DNA from: a virus
Taxonomy: Duplodnaviria > Caudoviricetes
DNA length: 34,356 nucleotides
IMG/VR virus record: IMGVR_UViG_3300020043_003824
Location: 1-34,356 of that record
Direction: 5' to 3' (one strand)
The first letter of the stretch is position 1. Every line of letters starts with the position of its first letter. Below are positions 26,632-34,206 of the stretch, piece after piece. The translations under genes were made by a program, and so were the position numbers. The notes under the pieces are model-generated. The model saw nothing but the letters and a program-made list of their open reading frames with translations, searched no databases and was not told the DNA's origin.

Positions 26632-26912
26632 ATTATTTTTGCTTGGTTCGCCGCTTTGTAAATTGCCTTTAGTTTGTCCAATGGAAGGGACGCGAATGCT
26701 GACAGAATTCTTTGCCGTTCGTCAATAGCATCGATGATCTGGCACAGGAAATCCCCTTGGGTGCGTTTTCGGCACCGCAGTTTGATCCCATACCGTTTGG
26801 CACTCGCCACCGCAGATGCCTTTGCTGGGGCATCTGCGATGAACGAATCACCAATGATTGAATCGGTAAAAAATCCCTTCCAGTCGATCCGATCAGAATG
26901 GGACGCTTTCAT
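26628..26912 (-). CDS. Hypothetical protein (possible DNA-binding)
   Basis: 94 aa, basic, coupled to the primase start. Confidence 0.65.
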   Translation of the reverse strand: MKASHSDRIDWKGFFTDSIIGDSFIADAPAKASAVASAKRYGIKLRCRKRTQGDFLCQIIDAIDERQRILSAFASLPLDKLKAIYKAANQAKII

Positions 26913-27183
26913 CCGACTCTGATGCGATTAATGTCGGCTGCGCTGGTGTTATCGATGGTTTTTGTCCGATAACCTTGCCATTACCTAATATCGGGCCTTT
27001 CTCCCCGGCCTCGCGCCGAGCCTGTCCCAGATCCTGAACCACCATATAGTGATTCCCAAAACGATCCTCACCATCACGGTTGCCCAGCAAGGTGATGTCG
27101 ATGTATTTGCCTTTTTCTCCGGCATGGATTGCTGATTTGTCGATTTTTGTGACATCTAATTTTACTCTAATTATGTTGCTCAT
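26893..27183 (-). CDS. Putative single-stranded DNA-binding protein
   Basis: KLDVTKIDK...GKYIDITL...DRFGN...PILGNGK with an acidic tail ending DESVPF. Confidence 0.65.
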   Translation of the reverse strand: MSNIIRVKLDVTKIDKSAIHAGEKGKYIDITLLGNRDGEDRFGNHYMVVQDLGQARREAGEKGPILGNGKVIGQKPSITPAQPTLIASESDESVPF

Positions 27184-27541
27184 TTATTTGTTGTTGTTGT
27201 TGGGAAATTATATTCTGCGCGTCATCGATTGACCGAGCGATGCCTGACAGACCACCTGCCTCGGCAACGATTTTCGCCCATGCAATTTGCTCGGGCCGAG
27301 GTTTGCCGGTCGGTGATTTGACCTCGATCGATACGAATTGCGCGATCGTCTTGCCGACATCTGATTGCTTGATCACTCGACTGACCCATCCGATCAGGTC
27401 TGCGCTGCCTTTAGCCAGACCATAGCGGATCAGTCTGCCGTCAACCGTCTTGGTCGCGCCGACATTGTTACGGAACAATCGCACCGGCCCATTGCCGACA
27501 TTCTGCCGGATCAAAGATTGGATATAGGATTCGCTTTTCAT
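27167..27541 (-). CDS. VRR-NUC (PD-(D/E)XK) nuclease
   Basis: LFRNNVG, GSADLIG, SIEVK, RPEQIAW. Confidence 0.88.
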   Translation of the reverse strand: MKSESYIQSLIRQNVGNGPVRLFRNNVGATKTVDGRLIRYGLAKGSADLIGWVSRVIKQSDVGKTIAQFVSIEVKSPTGKPRPEQIAWAKIVAEAGGLSGIARSIDDAQNIISQQQQQINEQHN

Positions 27542-27729
27542 CGCAGAATGTCCAACTCGGCCTCGATCCGATCAACCCTGCGCGACAGACTCGCTGCGTA
27601 TTTATCCAGCATCGCCTCAAGCTCAAAACACCTCTGCTTGTATTCGTTGAGTTTGTTCTGCAATCGCCTGTTTTCCTCCAATGCTACATCTCTCTGGATG
27701 ATTATTTTGCCAATCGTTTCGTCTATCAT
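27538..27729 (-). CDS. Hypothetical coiled-coil protein
   Basis: 63 aa, coupled at both ends. Confidence 0.65.
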   Translation of the reverse strand: MIDETIGKIIIQRDVALEENRRLQNKLNEYKQRCFELEAMLDKYAASLSRRVDRIEAELDILR

Positions 27730-27800
27730 TATTCTGGTGTGGTTATGATTATCAAATACCCGCCGAAAATCAGCAGGAAATAGAGAAGAAATTCATTCAT
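27729..27800 (-). CDS. 23-aa hydrophobic peptide (MNEFLLYFLLIFGGYLIIITTPE)
   Basis: Fills the gap exactly, with ATGA and TAATG overlaps. Confidence 0.55.
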   Translation of the reverse strand: MNEFLLYFLLIFGGYLIIITTPE

Positions 27801-27973
27801 TGTTCAGGGTAGGTTTCTGCATCATTATCGTGATCCTCGGACTCAAATGGTTCGGGGTCGTTGGGCCAAGATTTTTTGCGGAAAATTGCGTCAAAATTAT
27901 GACCGTAGACATCGATATCGACCGGCCTCGGCTTATCACCTTTTCCTGCTTGGTTGGTGGTTTTTTTACTCAC
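27797..27973 (-). CDS. Small phage protein (GKGDKPRPVD...NFDAIFRK)
   Basis: GTG start overlaps the end of the upstream gene; 58 aa; motif resembles small phage proteins I recall, not verified. Confidence 0.6.
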   Translation of the reverse strand: MSKKTTNQAGKGDKPRPVDIDVYGHNFDAIFRKKSWPNDPEPFESEDHDNDAETYPEQ

Positions 27974-28349
27974 TGCGGGCCTCCTTCCATGCGGCGATGG
28001 CACTCCAAGCGGCGCGAGCATACGCCCGATTGCTGGCGATATGGTGTCTGGAATCTTCGGAATAGTAGTAGTCCAACACCTCCGCCAACCGATCCGCGAG
28101 GGCGTGTTCGCGTTCCAGCTTCCCGCGCAAATCGCACTCACGCTCGGCAGACATTCCAAGCAGTCTCGCCTGCTCGTTATTTTCAACAATCAACGCAGAC
28201 TCTCTCTGCTGTGATTCACGCAGTCGCTTGCACATCGTCCAGACGCTAACATGATGCGATGCCATCATGCCGCAATGGCATTCCACATCGATCTCGGTCG
28301 GTGTCGGTCTGCCGCAAGTTGGGCAATCCCAGTCTTGGTTGTCACTCAC
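27966..28349 (-). CDS. Hypothetical protein with Cys motifs and coiled coil
   Basis: CPTC...CHC; 127 aa; coupled to neighbours. Confidence 0.65.
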   Translation of the reverse strand: MSDNQDWDCPTCGRPTPTEIDVECHCGMMASHHVSVWTMCKRLRESQQRESALIVENNEQARLLGMSAERECDLRGKLEREHALADRLAEVLDYYYSEDSRHHIASNRAYARAAWSAIAAWKEARSE

Positions 28350-28534
28350 AGCAGCACCTCCGGCTTGATTTCAAAATCGAACACCTCATCGATCTCATTC
28401 CAGATTTCGATCTCGATGGACTCGATGATCTTCGATGGGTGTGGTTCATCAGTGTGCTTGTGCGCCCGACTCCATCCGTATTCGATTCCCTGCTCTATGG
28501 CTTTTGCCAGTATGGTTCTTATGTTTGGTTTCAT
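28346..28534 (-). CDS. Hypothetical phage protein (AIEQGIEYGWSRAHKHTDEP)
   Basis: 62 aa from an ATG overlapping the helicase stop. Confidence 0.7.
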   Translation of the reverse strand: MKPNIRTILAKAIEQGIEYGWSRAHKHTDEPHPSKIIESIEIEIWNEIDEVFDFEIKPEVLL

Positions 28535-29895
28535 TGTTTGTTCTTCTTTTTGCCCCAGACGATCCTCGCCCAACCGGGCTTATATCCTCTGGCTTTTTGT
28601 ATTCTCAATAAATCATCGAATGTCCGAGCCTGCCAAACCTCCTGCTGCCTAGTCAACCTCGATCCGCTAAATTCTACCAATTCACCATCGACATGCTCAA
28701 TCTCTCGGCCTTGCACCTCATATTCATGACCGCACTCCGGGCAGGCCGGTTCGGTTGGCGCATGGCAGCAAAAACATTCCGGGCATTGTCTCACAGGCAA
28801 CGCATCCGATCCAGATCCGCTTTTCCGTTTTGGCTTATCCTGCAATGACCAGTCCCGATCATCCTCGGCCCGACCATGACGCGCCAGATTCCCTGCATGA
28901 TCAAGGATCACCGCATGAGTCTTGCCAGGCGCAGGACGCAGCACCCGCCCGATCTGTTGCAAATGCAATCCTAACGACTGGGTTGGACGCAGCAGAATCG
29001 CGGCACCCACGACCGGCACATCAAACCCCTCATTTACGATCTCGCAGGATGTCAGCACCGACAGGCGACCATCACCGAGCATCTGGACACGCTCCCGCCG
29101 ATCCTCGGCAGACAGGGTGCCGTCAATCGTCGCCGCATCATATCCTGATCGGCAGAATGATTCTGCGACATTCCGAGCATGGGCGATTGATACGCAAAAC
29201 GCGATCGCCGGCATTCCATGCGCCAGTCGAGCATAGTGATCGACCGCATCACCAGTAATCGTCGGTCGATCCATTACCGATTCCAAACCAGCATGGTCAT
29301 AATCTCCTGCCCGATTCCCAACCCCTGACAGGTCTGCCGTGGTCGGTGCATAATATTTAGCCCATGACAGATGACCATCCCGCTGCAAATCTGCTACCCT
29401 CGGCCCCATGATCATCTGATCGAACACCGATCCAAGACCCTTGCCATCCAGACGCTCGGGTGTTGCCGTGACTCCAAGCACTCGCGCCGATGGGAATCGG
29501 TCAATGACCTTTCGCCATGACCCGGCAATGCTGTGATGCGCCTCATCGATGACGATCAGATCCGGCTCGGCAACGCGATCCAGCCTCCGCACCAGAGTCT
29601 GCACAGATGCGATCTGGATGCGTTCTGTCGCGTCAGATGACCTCCCCGCTGCTATCACCCCATGCGGCACCCCAAATGCCGTCAGCGTCCTGCTGGTCTG
29701 GTCGAGCAGTTCCTGCCGATGGACTAGGATCAGCGTCCTACTTCCACGCGATAGCGACTGCTGCGCGATGTAAGAAAACACCACGGTCTTGCCCGATCCG
29801 GTAGGCGCAACGGCAAGGCATCGCATGACACCCTGCCGATACACCGACCGAATCGACTCGACCAGATCGGTCTGGTATGACCGCAAATTAACCAT
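28531..29895 (-). CDS. Superfamily 2 DNA helicase with C-terminal Zn finger
   Basis: LRSYQ, APTGSGKT, IDEAHH, VTATPER, EGFDVP, QQIGRVLR, CPEC...CPEC. Confidence 0.93.
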   Translation of the reverse strand: MVNLRSYQTDLVESIRSVYRQGVMRCLAVAPTGSGKTVVFSYIAQQSLSRGSRTLILVHRQELLDQTSRTLTAFGVPHGVIAAGRSSDATERIQIASVQTLVRRLDRVAEPDLIVIDEAHHSIAGSWRKVIDRFPSARVLGVTATPERLDGKGLGSVFDQMIMGPRVADLQRDGHLSWAKYYAPTTADLSGVGNRAGDYDHAGLESVMDRPTITGDAVDHYARLAHGMPAIAFCVSIAHARNVAESFCRSGYDAATIDGTLSAEDRRERVQMLGDGRLSVLTSCEIVNEGFDVPVVGAAILLRPTQSLGLHLQQIGRVLRPAPGKTHAVILDHAGNLARHGRAEDDRDWSLQDKPKRKSGSGSDALPVRQCPECFCCHAPTEPACPECGHEYEVQGREIEHVDGELVEFSGSRLTRQQEVWQARTFDDLLRIQKARGYKPGWARIVWGKKKNKQ

Positions 29896-30163
29896 AGACG
29901 ATCGATTTGCCTTTTTCGGTCAGTAACCAACCACCATTGACCCGGAGCAGAAACCCCTTTTTCGCCAATGTTCCGAGCCGAGTCGCAATGATCGGACGCA
30001 TCACGCCCAGATCGTCACAGACCTCCTTGGTGGTCTTACCATCGGCTGCAAACAATGCCGCAGCCTCGGCAGTCCCCATGTGACCAGACAACTGGCGCAG
30101 TTTCTCTGCAATAGCCAGACGCTTTAGCACCGGCAATGCCTCAACAGGATCATTCCAGTTCAT
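29888..30163 (-). CDS. Winged-helix protein
   Basis: TTKEVCDDLGV...RLGTLAKKGFL...LTEKGK. Confidence 0.7.
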   Translation of the reverse strand: MNWNDPVEALPVLKRLAIAEKLRQLSGHMGTAEAAALFAADGKTTKEVCDDLGVMRPIIATRLGTLAKKGFLLRVNGGWLLTEKGKSIVYG

Positions 30164-30557
30164 CGATAACCTCCTTTGCCGATTTGACTGGTGTTGACCC
30201 GATCACGCCGATCCGCAGGCCGGTGGTGGTTTCTCCGGGCTTACCGCCGGGTTTCCTGATTCCGTCCTGCACAAACAGCGACACTGACTTGCCGATCCAT
30301 GATTTGGTATCAGCACCGAATTGGCGGGATAACGATTTCCGATTAGTGGCATTGAGGATCATCTGCTTGCCGATCTTCTCAAATCCGACTGCAAACAGCA
30401 GTTTCTCCTTTCGGCCACCATCCATAGGGACATCCTCATGCTGGAAGATGCCGCTGATGACGACCTGCTGCGGACTGATGCCGAGCAGATCCTCGGACGC
30501 TAACCAAGGGGATGATTTCATCCCGCTAACCTTTCCTGTGTATTGTGTTGTTTTCAT
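30150..30557 (-). CDS. Hypothetical protein, possible ssDNA-binding or recombination partner
   Basis: SPWLASEDL...MILNATNRK...WIGKSVSLF; close to the exonuclease gene. Confidence 0.55.
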   Translation of the reverse strand: MKTTQYTGKVSGMKSSPWLASEDLLGISPQQVVISGIFQHEDVPMDGGRKEKLLFAVGFEKIGKQMILNATNRKSLSRQFGADTKSWIGKSVSLFVQDGIRKPGGKPGETTTGLRIGVIGSTPVKSAKEVIDELE

Positions 30558-30562
30558 GTTTT

Positions 30563-30748
30563 TTATTTAGTTACAGATAAACGCTTTGCCATTGCTGCTG
30601 CCTCGTATGGTGTTTCAACTAACGCAAAGGCTGATCTGGTCAGTTGAAACATGCCCTTCGCGGTTTTCAATGCGGACTCGCTAGATTTAGCAGAAACCAC
30701 GCAAAGGAAATCACGACCGGATGCTGTGTAAATTCTGAATCGCTTCAT
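30563..30748 (-). CDS. Hypothetical protein
   Basis: 61 aa, ATGA-coupled to the exonuclease. Confidence 0.6.
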   Translation of the reverse strand: MKRFRIYTASGRDFLCVVSAKSSESALKTAKGMFQLTRSAFALVETPYEAAAMAKRLSVTK

Positions 30749-31494
30749 ACCTCCGAAATGTTAATCGTTTGAATCCCCGCCGAATATCCCGGCCATGTGT
30801 TGGTCGCCAGACATTCTGCGTATGTCTCAAGGTTCTGCCTCGCTGCATACTCGCCATCAGCAAATGAGTCTGGATCAAGCATGTAACACGCGACCAGATA
30901 TGGTGGGTCTTTCTCGACTGCGATGAATATCATCGGCGCACCTGCCATACCCATTGCATAGAACGCAGCTTGGACATGATAGCGATATTGACGAACCGAC
31001 CGCTCAAACCCTCGGCCTGCATCGGTGGTGGTCTTAAGGTCGATCAGCATTCCATTATCCAAGATGCCATCGGGCCGGCAACGGCAAACAACGCCGGTGT
31101 CCTCATCCTTCCAGAATGTCGAAACCTCAACCTGTGCGATGCGGTCGAGTAATTTGCGCCCCATCGGGTGCGCTCGGACTGAATCCCGAATTGAAACGAC
31201 CCGAGTATGTTCGTCCGAGGTCAGCATATCGACACCGGGATGCGCCGCTTGAAATTCCTCATATGCTTCTTTGCCTGCCTTGGTGCGCCGATCCATGGTC
31301 GGCATCACAACGCACTCGGAATCGAATCGATCAGGTTCAAGCACAGCAAGGTGCGTCAGCGTCCCGATCCGCATCGCTGCGGTCGGCTCGGATGGGTTGT
31401 CCTGCGCCCATTTGTAGTGGGCCGGTGATTTGTTAATCAGGTCGAGGCCTGACTTTGATATTCCGGGCATTGCGTGGTATTCAGCGTTTGTCAT
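30745..31494 (-). CDS. RecE / exonuclease VIII-like PD-(D/E)XK nuclease (DUF3799-type)
   Basis: MTNAEYHA..GISKSGLD, GTLTHLAVLEP, CRCRPD, IDLKTT, YHVQAAFY; start taken at ATG 31494. Confidence 0.9.
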   Translation of the reverse strand: MTNAEYHAMPGISKSGLDLINKSPAHYKWAQDNPSEPTAAMRIGTLTHLAVLEPDRFDSECVVMPTMDRRTKAGKEAYEEFQAAHPGVDMLTSDEHTRVVSIRDSVRAHPMGRKLLDRIAQVEVSTFWKDEDTGVVCRCRPDGILDNGMLIDLKTTTDAGRGFERSVRQYRYHVQAAFYAMGMAGAPMIFIAVEKDPPYLVACYMLDPDSFADGEYAARQNLETYAECLATNTWPGYSAGIQTINISEV

Positions 31495-31669
31495 ATTTTT
31501 GGTAGGGGTCGAATGAATCATAATCAATTTCGTTTTCGTTTGGTTCGTAATCGCATTTGCCGCATGCAATCCACGCTGCGGTTGGTGGTTCCCAATATGA
31601 ACCAGAGTCGCCCATATCCCACTCAATTTTCCCGCCGCATTTCGGGCAAGGGTCATCTTTTTTCAGCAT
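31481..31669 (-). CDS. Small Zn-ribbon protein
   Basis: CPKC...CGKC, 62 aa, overlapping both neighbours by a few nt. Confidence 0.65.
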   Translation of the reverse strand: MLKKDDPCPKCGGKIEWDMGDSGSYWEPPTAAWIACGKCDYEPNENEIDYDSFDPYQKYDKR

Positions 31670-32730
31670 TGTTTATTCCTTTCTGTTGTTAGTTCACCTA
31701 TCAAGATTCTAAATGCTCGCTCGGCAGTTGCTGGCACGACTCCGTTTCCAAGCAGTCGCAGCTCGTCTGTGCGATTGTCACAGGTCGCATACAACTCGGC
31801 ATGCACCATCCAATCGGTAGACCCATTAGCGTCTCGACCCAGCGGGGGTTGAGTTTGCCTGTCGTGTTGTGTTGCACCTGTTCTCCCAGTCTGTGTTTCC
31901 CGCTGTCCTCTTGTTTGTCCTGCGCCATCGAGCATCGAGGAGTTGCCCATGCTGCCTGAGTCACTAGAGATGGGCTGTTGCGCTTGTCCGCATTTTGTTC
32001 CACATACATCGACCCCAGCATTGTGGATGGCGTTGCCCACGACTCTTGGCGGCTCCCATGCGTTCTGTGGTTCGCCGGGGCGGGATGGCCATGCTTGACC
32101 GCATCCGCGAGCTTCGCTCCATACGCCACAGGATTCTCCTTCGTGTGATTGTGGTAACTCACCGCCCGTCCATCCTTCCACTCTGTCTTGTAGCTCCCTC
32201 CAGTCGTGTCCATCACCGATGCGGTGGGCCAAGATGAACACCCGCTTGCGCTGGTGGGGTGCGCCGACTTCACGCGCAGAGAATATTCCCCACGACACTT
32301 GGTAACCCAACTCTTCCAAGTCGCTGATGACGCTGGAGAGTCCCAGCGAGATGTGTCCTTCGACATTTTCAAAGAAGCACATTCTTGGTCGCATAGCTCT
32401 AATTCCGTCTGCGATCCAAGGCCAAAGATGTCTTGGGTCTTCTTTTCCTGCTCGCTTTCCTGCGGCACTGAAAGGCTGACAAGGGTATCCTGCAATGAGG
32501 ATATCCACCAATCCGTGAAATCTTCCGTATGGGAAGGTTTTAAGATCGCTCCAAATAGGTGCGACATCCAAGAATCCTTTTTCCATCTTACTGATGAGAT
32601 TGGCTTGAGCAAACCCCTCAAGCTCACAATATGCGATGGTTCGCAATCTCTCACCAAAGATTCTTTTGATTCCAAGTCCAATGCCACCATATCCGGCGCA
32701 CATTTCAATAGTGTTGATGGTAGTATCCAC
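31663..32730 (-). CDS. C5 cytosine DNA methyltransferase, catalytic (alpha) chain
   Basis: Motif I CAGYGG, IV GYPCQPFS, VI ENV, VIII HQRKRVF, X LGNGVVP; no motif IX visible in this frame. Confidence 0.92.
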   Translation of the reverse strand: MDTTINTIEMCAGYGGIGLGIKRIFGERLRTIAYCELEGFAQANLISKMEKGFLDVAPIWSDLKTFPYGRFHGLVDILIAGYPCQPFSAAGKRAGKEDPRHLWPWIADGIRAMRPRMCFFENVEGHISLGLSSVISDLEELGYQVSWGIFSAREVGAPHQRKRVFILAHRIGDGHDWRELQDRVEGWTGGELPQSHEGESCGVWSEARGCGQAWPSRPGEPQNAWEPPRVVGNAIHNAGVDVCGTKCGQAQQPISSDSGSMGNSSMLDGAGQTRGQRETQTGRTGATQHDRQTQPPLGRDANGSTDWMVHAELYATCDNRTDELRLLGNGVVPATAERAFRILIGELTTERNKQC

Positions 32731-32732
32731 AT
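31701..32732 (-). CDS. Overlapping alternative-frame (beta) chain of the methyltransferase
   Basis: 343-codon same-strand ORF with three W(P/A)T(P/A) repeats and motif IX-like LNPRWVETLMGLPIGW. Confidence 0.78.
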   Translation of the reverse strand: MWILPSTLLKCAPDMVALDLESKESLVRDCEPSHIVSLRGLLKPISSVRWKKDSWMSHLFGAILKPSHTEDFTDWWISSLQDTLVSLSVPQESEQEKKTQDIFGLGSQTELELCDQECASLKMSKDTSRWDSPASSATWKSWVTKCRGEYSLRVKSAHPTSASGCSSWPTASVMDTTGGSYKTEWKDGRAVSYHNHTKENPVAYGAKLADAVKHGHPAPANHRTHGSRQESWATPSTMLGSMYVEQNADKRNSPSLVTQAAWATPRCSMAQDKQEDSGKHRLGEQVQHNTTGKLNPRWVETLMGLPIGWCMPSCMRPVTIAQTSCDCLETESCQQLPSEHLES

Positions 32733-32744
32733 TTTTTCCTTTCG

Positions 32745-32882
32745 TTATTTTTGCTCTACATATGCGCGGAATGCATCAACATCCGACATCCCTCCAAAGG
32801 TGCCGGATGTCACAGCAATGCCGAGCAGGACTGCTGTGATCAGAATGCCCATGAGAATCCATGGTGGTGTTTCTTGGTTCAT
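32745..32882 (-). CDS. 45-aa single-TM protein
   Basis: MNQETPPWILMGILITAVLLGIAVTSG...; A/C-rich leader; absent from the ORF track. Confidence 0.6.
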   Translation of the reverse strand: MNQETPPWILMGILITAVLLGIAVTSGTFGGMSDVDAFRAYVEQK

Positions 32883-32935
32883 ATTTTTTGGTTGGTTGTG
32901 CTGGGGGTGGAACCCAGCGGGGTGGTTAGATCATT

Positions 32936-33247
32936 TTAGCCCCATGCTTCGGCAATTTTGGCCATGCCCTCATTGTATTCTCGTTCCTCGGCTTTCGTCA
33001 TTTCAATGGTGCGGATTTCATTGGTTCCGCAATCATCCATGGCGGAAGCGATTTGAACTTGAACGGTGTTGATATCTCGTCCAGCGTTGATCGCTGCATC
33101 TCCAGCATTCGTGTTGCCGTTGAGGATTGAGAAGCTATGGGAGACCGTGCTGGCTCCATTGCCGTCTTCGTGCATTGCGTAGGCATCGATGCAGGTTTGG
33201 ATTCCGTATTTGGCGACTGCTCTTTTGGTTGCTGATTTGATTTTCAT
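32936..33247 (-). CDS. Hypothetical first early protein
   Basis: 103 aa from ATG 33247, just downstream of the predicted early promoter. Confidence 0.7.
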   Translation of the reverse strand: MKIKSATKRAVAKYGIQTCIDAYAMHEDGNGASTVSHSFSILNGNTNAGDAAINAGRDINTVQVQIASAMDDCGTNEIRTIEMTKAEEREYNEGMAKIAEAWG

Positions 33248-33290
33248 GTTGCTTGGTTCTGGTTGTGCGCTGCCTGCTGGCAACGGAATC

Positions 33291-33345
33291 AATCTGGCAG
33301 AATCGCCCCGAATCGTAAAGAATTATTTCCAATTATTTTCAAAAT
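33291..33345 (-). promoter_or_regulatory. Sigma70-like early promoter
   Basis: TTTACG-N17-CAGATT with a TGn extension and an AT-rich upstream element, facing the early operon. Confidence 0.55.
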
Positions 33346-33655
33346 CCTAGGTTTTATGCGGGTTACAGGGCCGAAACAGCCGGTAACGCCGGTAACGGTG
33401 GTAACAGACGCTGTTACCGTGTAACTCCATGAACCTCAACGGATTACAGCAAAAGTAACAAAGTAACAGAAAAATAAACATACACCCTTATAGAGAGAGA
33501 GAAAGAGAGAGAGAGATAAAAACACATATCCTCTTATATATAAATAAATATGTTACTTTGTTATTATTATTATTATAGAGGCTGAATCCCGCATAGAATC
33601 TGGGGATTTCTCGGTTACACCACTTTGTAACCAGACCGTTACCGCGTTACCGTAA
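33346..33655. repeat. Putative replication origin: GTAAC/GTTAC repeats, inverted repeats, AT-rich and (GA)n core
   Basis: 13 GTAAC/GTTAC copies in about 290 bp of non-coding DNA. Confidence 0.7.
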
Positions 33656-33699
33656 GAAAAGCCTTGCATCGATCATCAAATTATCTTAACCATCGTGAA

Positions 33700-34206
33700 G
33701 TGATCGCACAAAGCTACACGCCAGACATGGCTGCACTCATCGATTCAGAGGAGGAAATCATCGCGGATGAGTTCGGCGTGACGCTAGATCAGGCGCGATA
33801 CATCATCGCCTACTCCCGAGCCGCATCACGCCGCACACAGGCAGAGATCCTCGCATCGGTCATCGGCCTGCTGATCCGATCAAAGAATATGCCGGTCATG
33901 GTGCATGCTCTGGCAATCGCATTCGGCCTCGATGAACTCAATGGCGCACACTCACAGGCAGAGATCGCAAAGAACCTCGGCGTGACCCGGGCATTGGTAA
34001 GTCACTATGTTGTCGGGTGGCGTGATGTCCTCGCCGGCAATGTCGCTGCATTCGACTGCACAAAGTTTCGCAAGAAAAACGACACTAGAGAAACATACAA
34101 ACAAAAGGCGACCAACAAGGTCGTTCAAGCAAAGAAGAAAAAACATGAGCACGCTAACGCAATACAAACTCATCTGCGGTTTGATAATCTTTTTGCTTTT
34201 CGATAA
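33700..34206 (+). CDS. HTH protein (sigma region-4-like); start and 3' end uncertain
   Basis: SQAEIAKNLGVTRALVSHYV HTH; start may be GTG 33700 or ATG 33727; the last codons run into the inverted HNH fragment. Confidence 0.7.
   Translation: MIAQSYTPDMAALIDSEEEIIADEFGVTLDQARYIIAYSRAASRRTQAEILASVIGLLIRSKNMPVMVHALAIAFGLDELNGAHSQAEIAKNLGVTRALVSHYVVGWRDVLAGNVAAFDCTKFRKKNDTRETYKQKATNKVVQAKKKKHEHANAIQTHLRFDNLFAFR

Noticed and set aside
25736-26728. 330-aa + strand ORF
   Set aside because: Antisense to the primase-helicase, Ser/Ala-rich and without motifs.
29888-30163. Lysogeny repressor or temperate module
   Set aside because: The winged-helix gene sits mid-operon, and no integrase, att site or divergent repressor pair is visible.
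31495-31656. N-terminal extension of the exonuclease ORF
   Set aside because: Overlaps the Zn-ribbon gene; the family-like sequence begins at MTNAEYH.
32860-32960. tRNA gene around the T-loop-like hairpin
   Set aside because: No acceptor, D or anticodon stems can be formed.
32206-33072. 288-aa + strand ORF as a third coding layer over the methyltransferase
   Set aside because: Antisense, crosses three genes and has no motif; the dual-frame constraint can suppress stops by itself.
33360-33655. CRISPR array
   Set aside because: Repeats are 5-9 nt, in both orientations, with no regular unique spacers and no cas genes.
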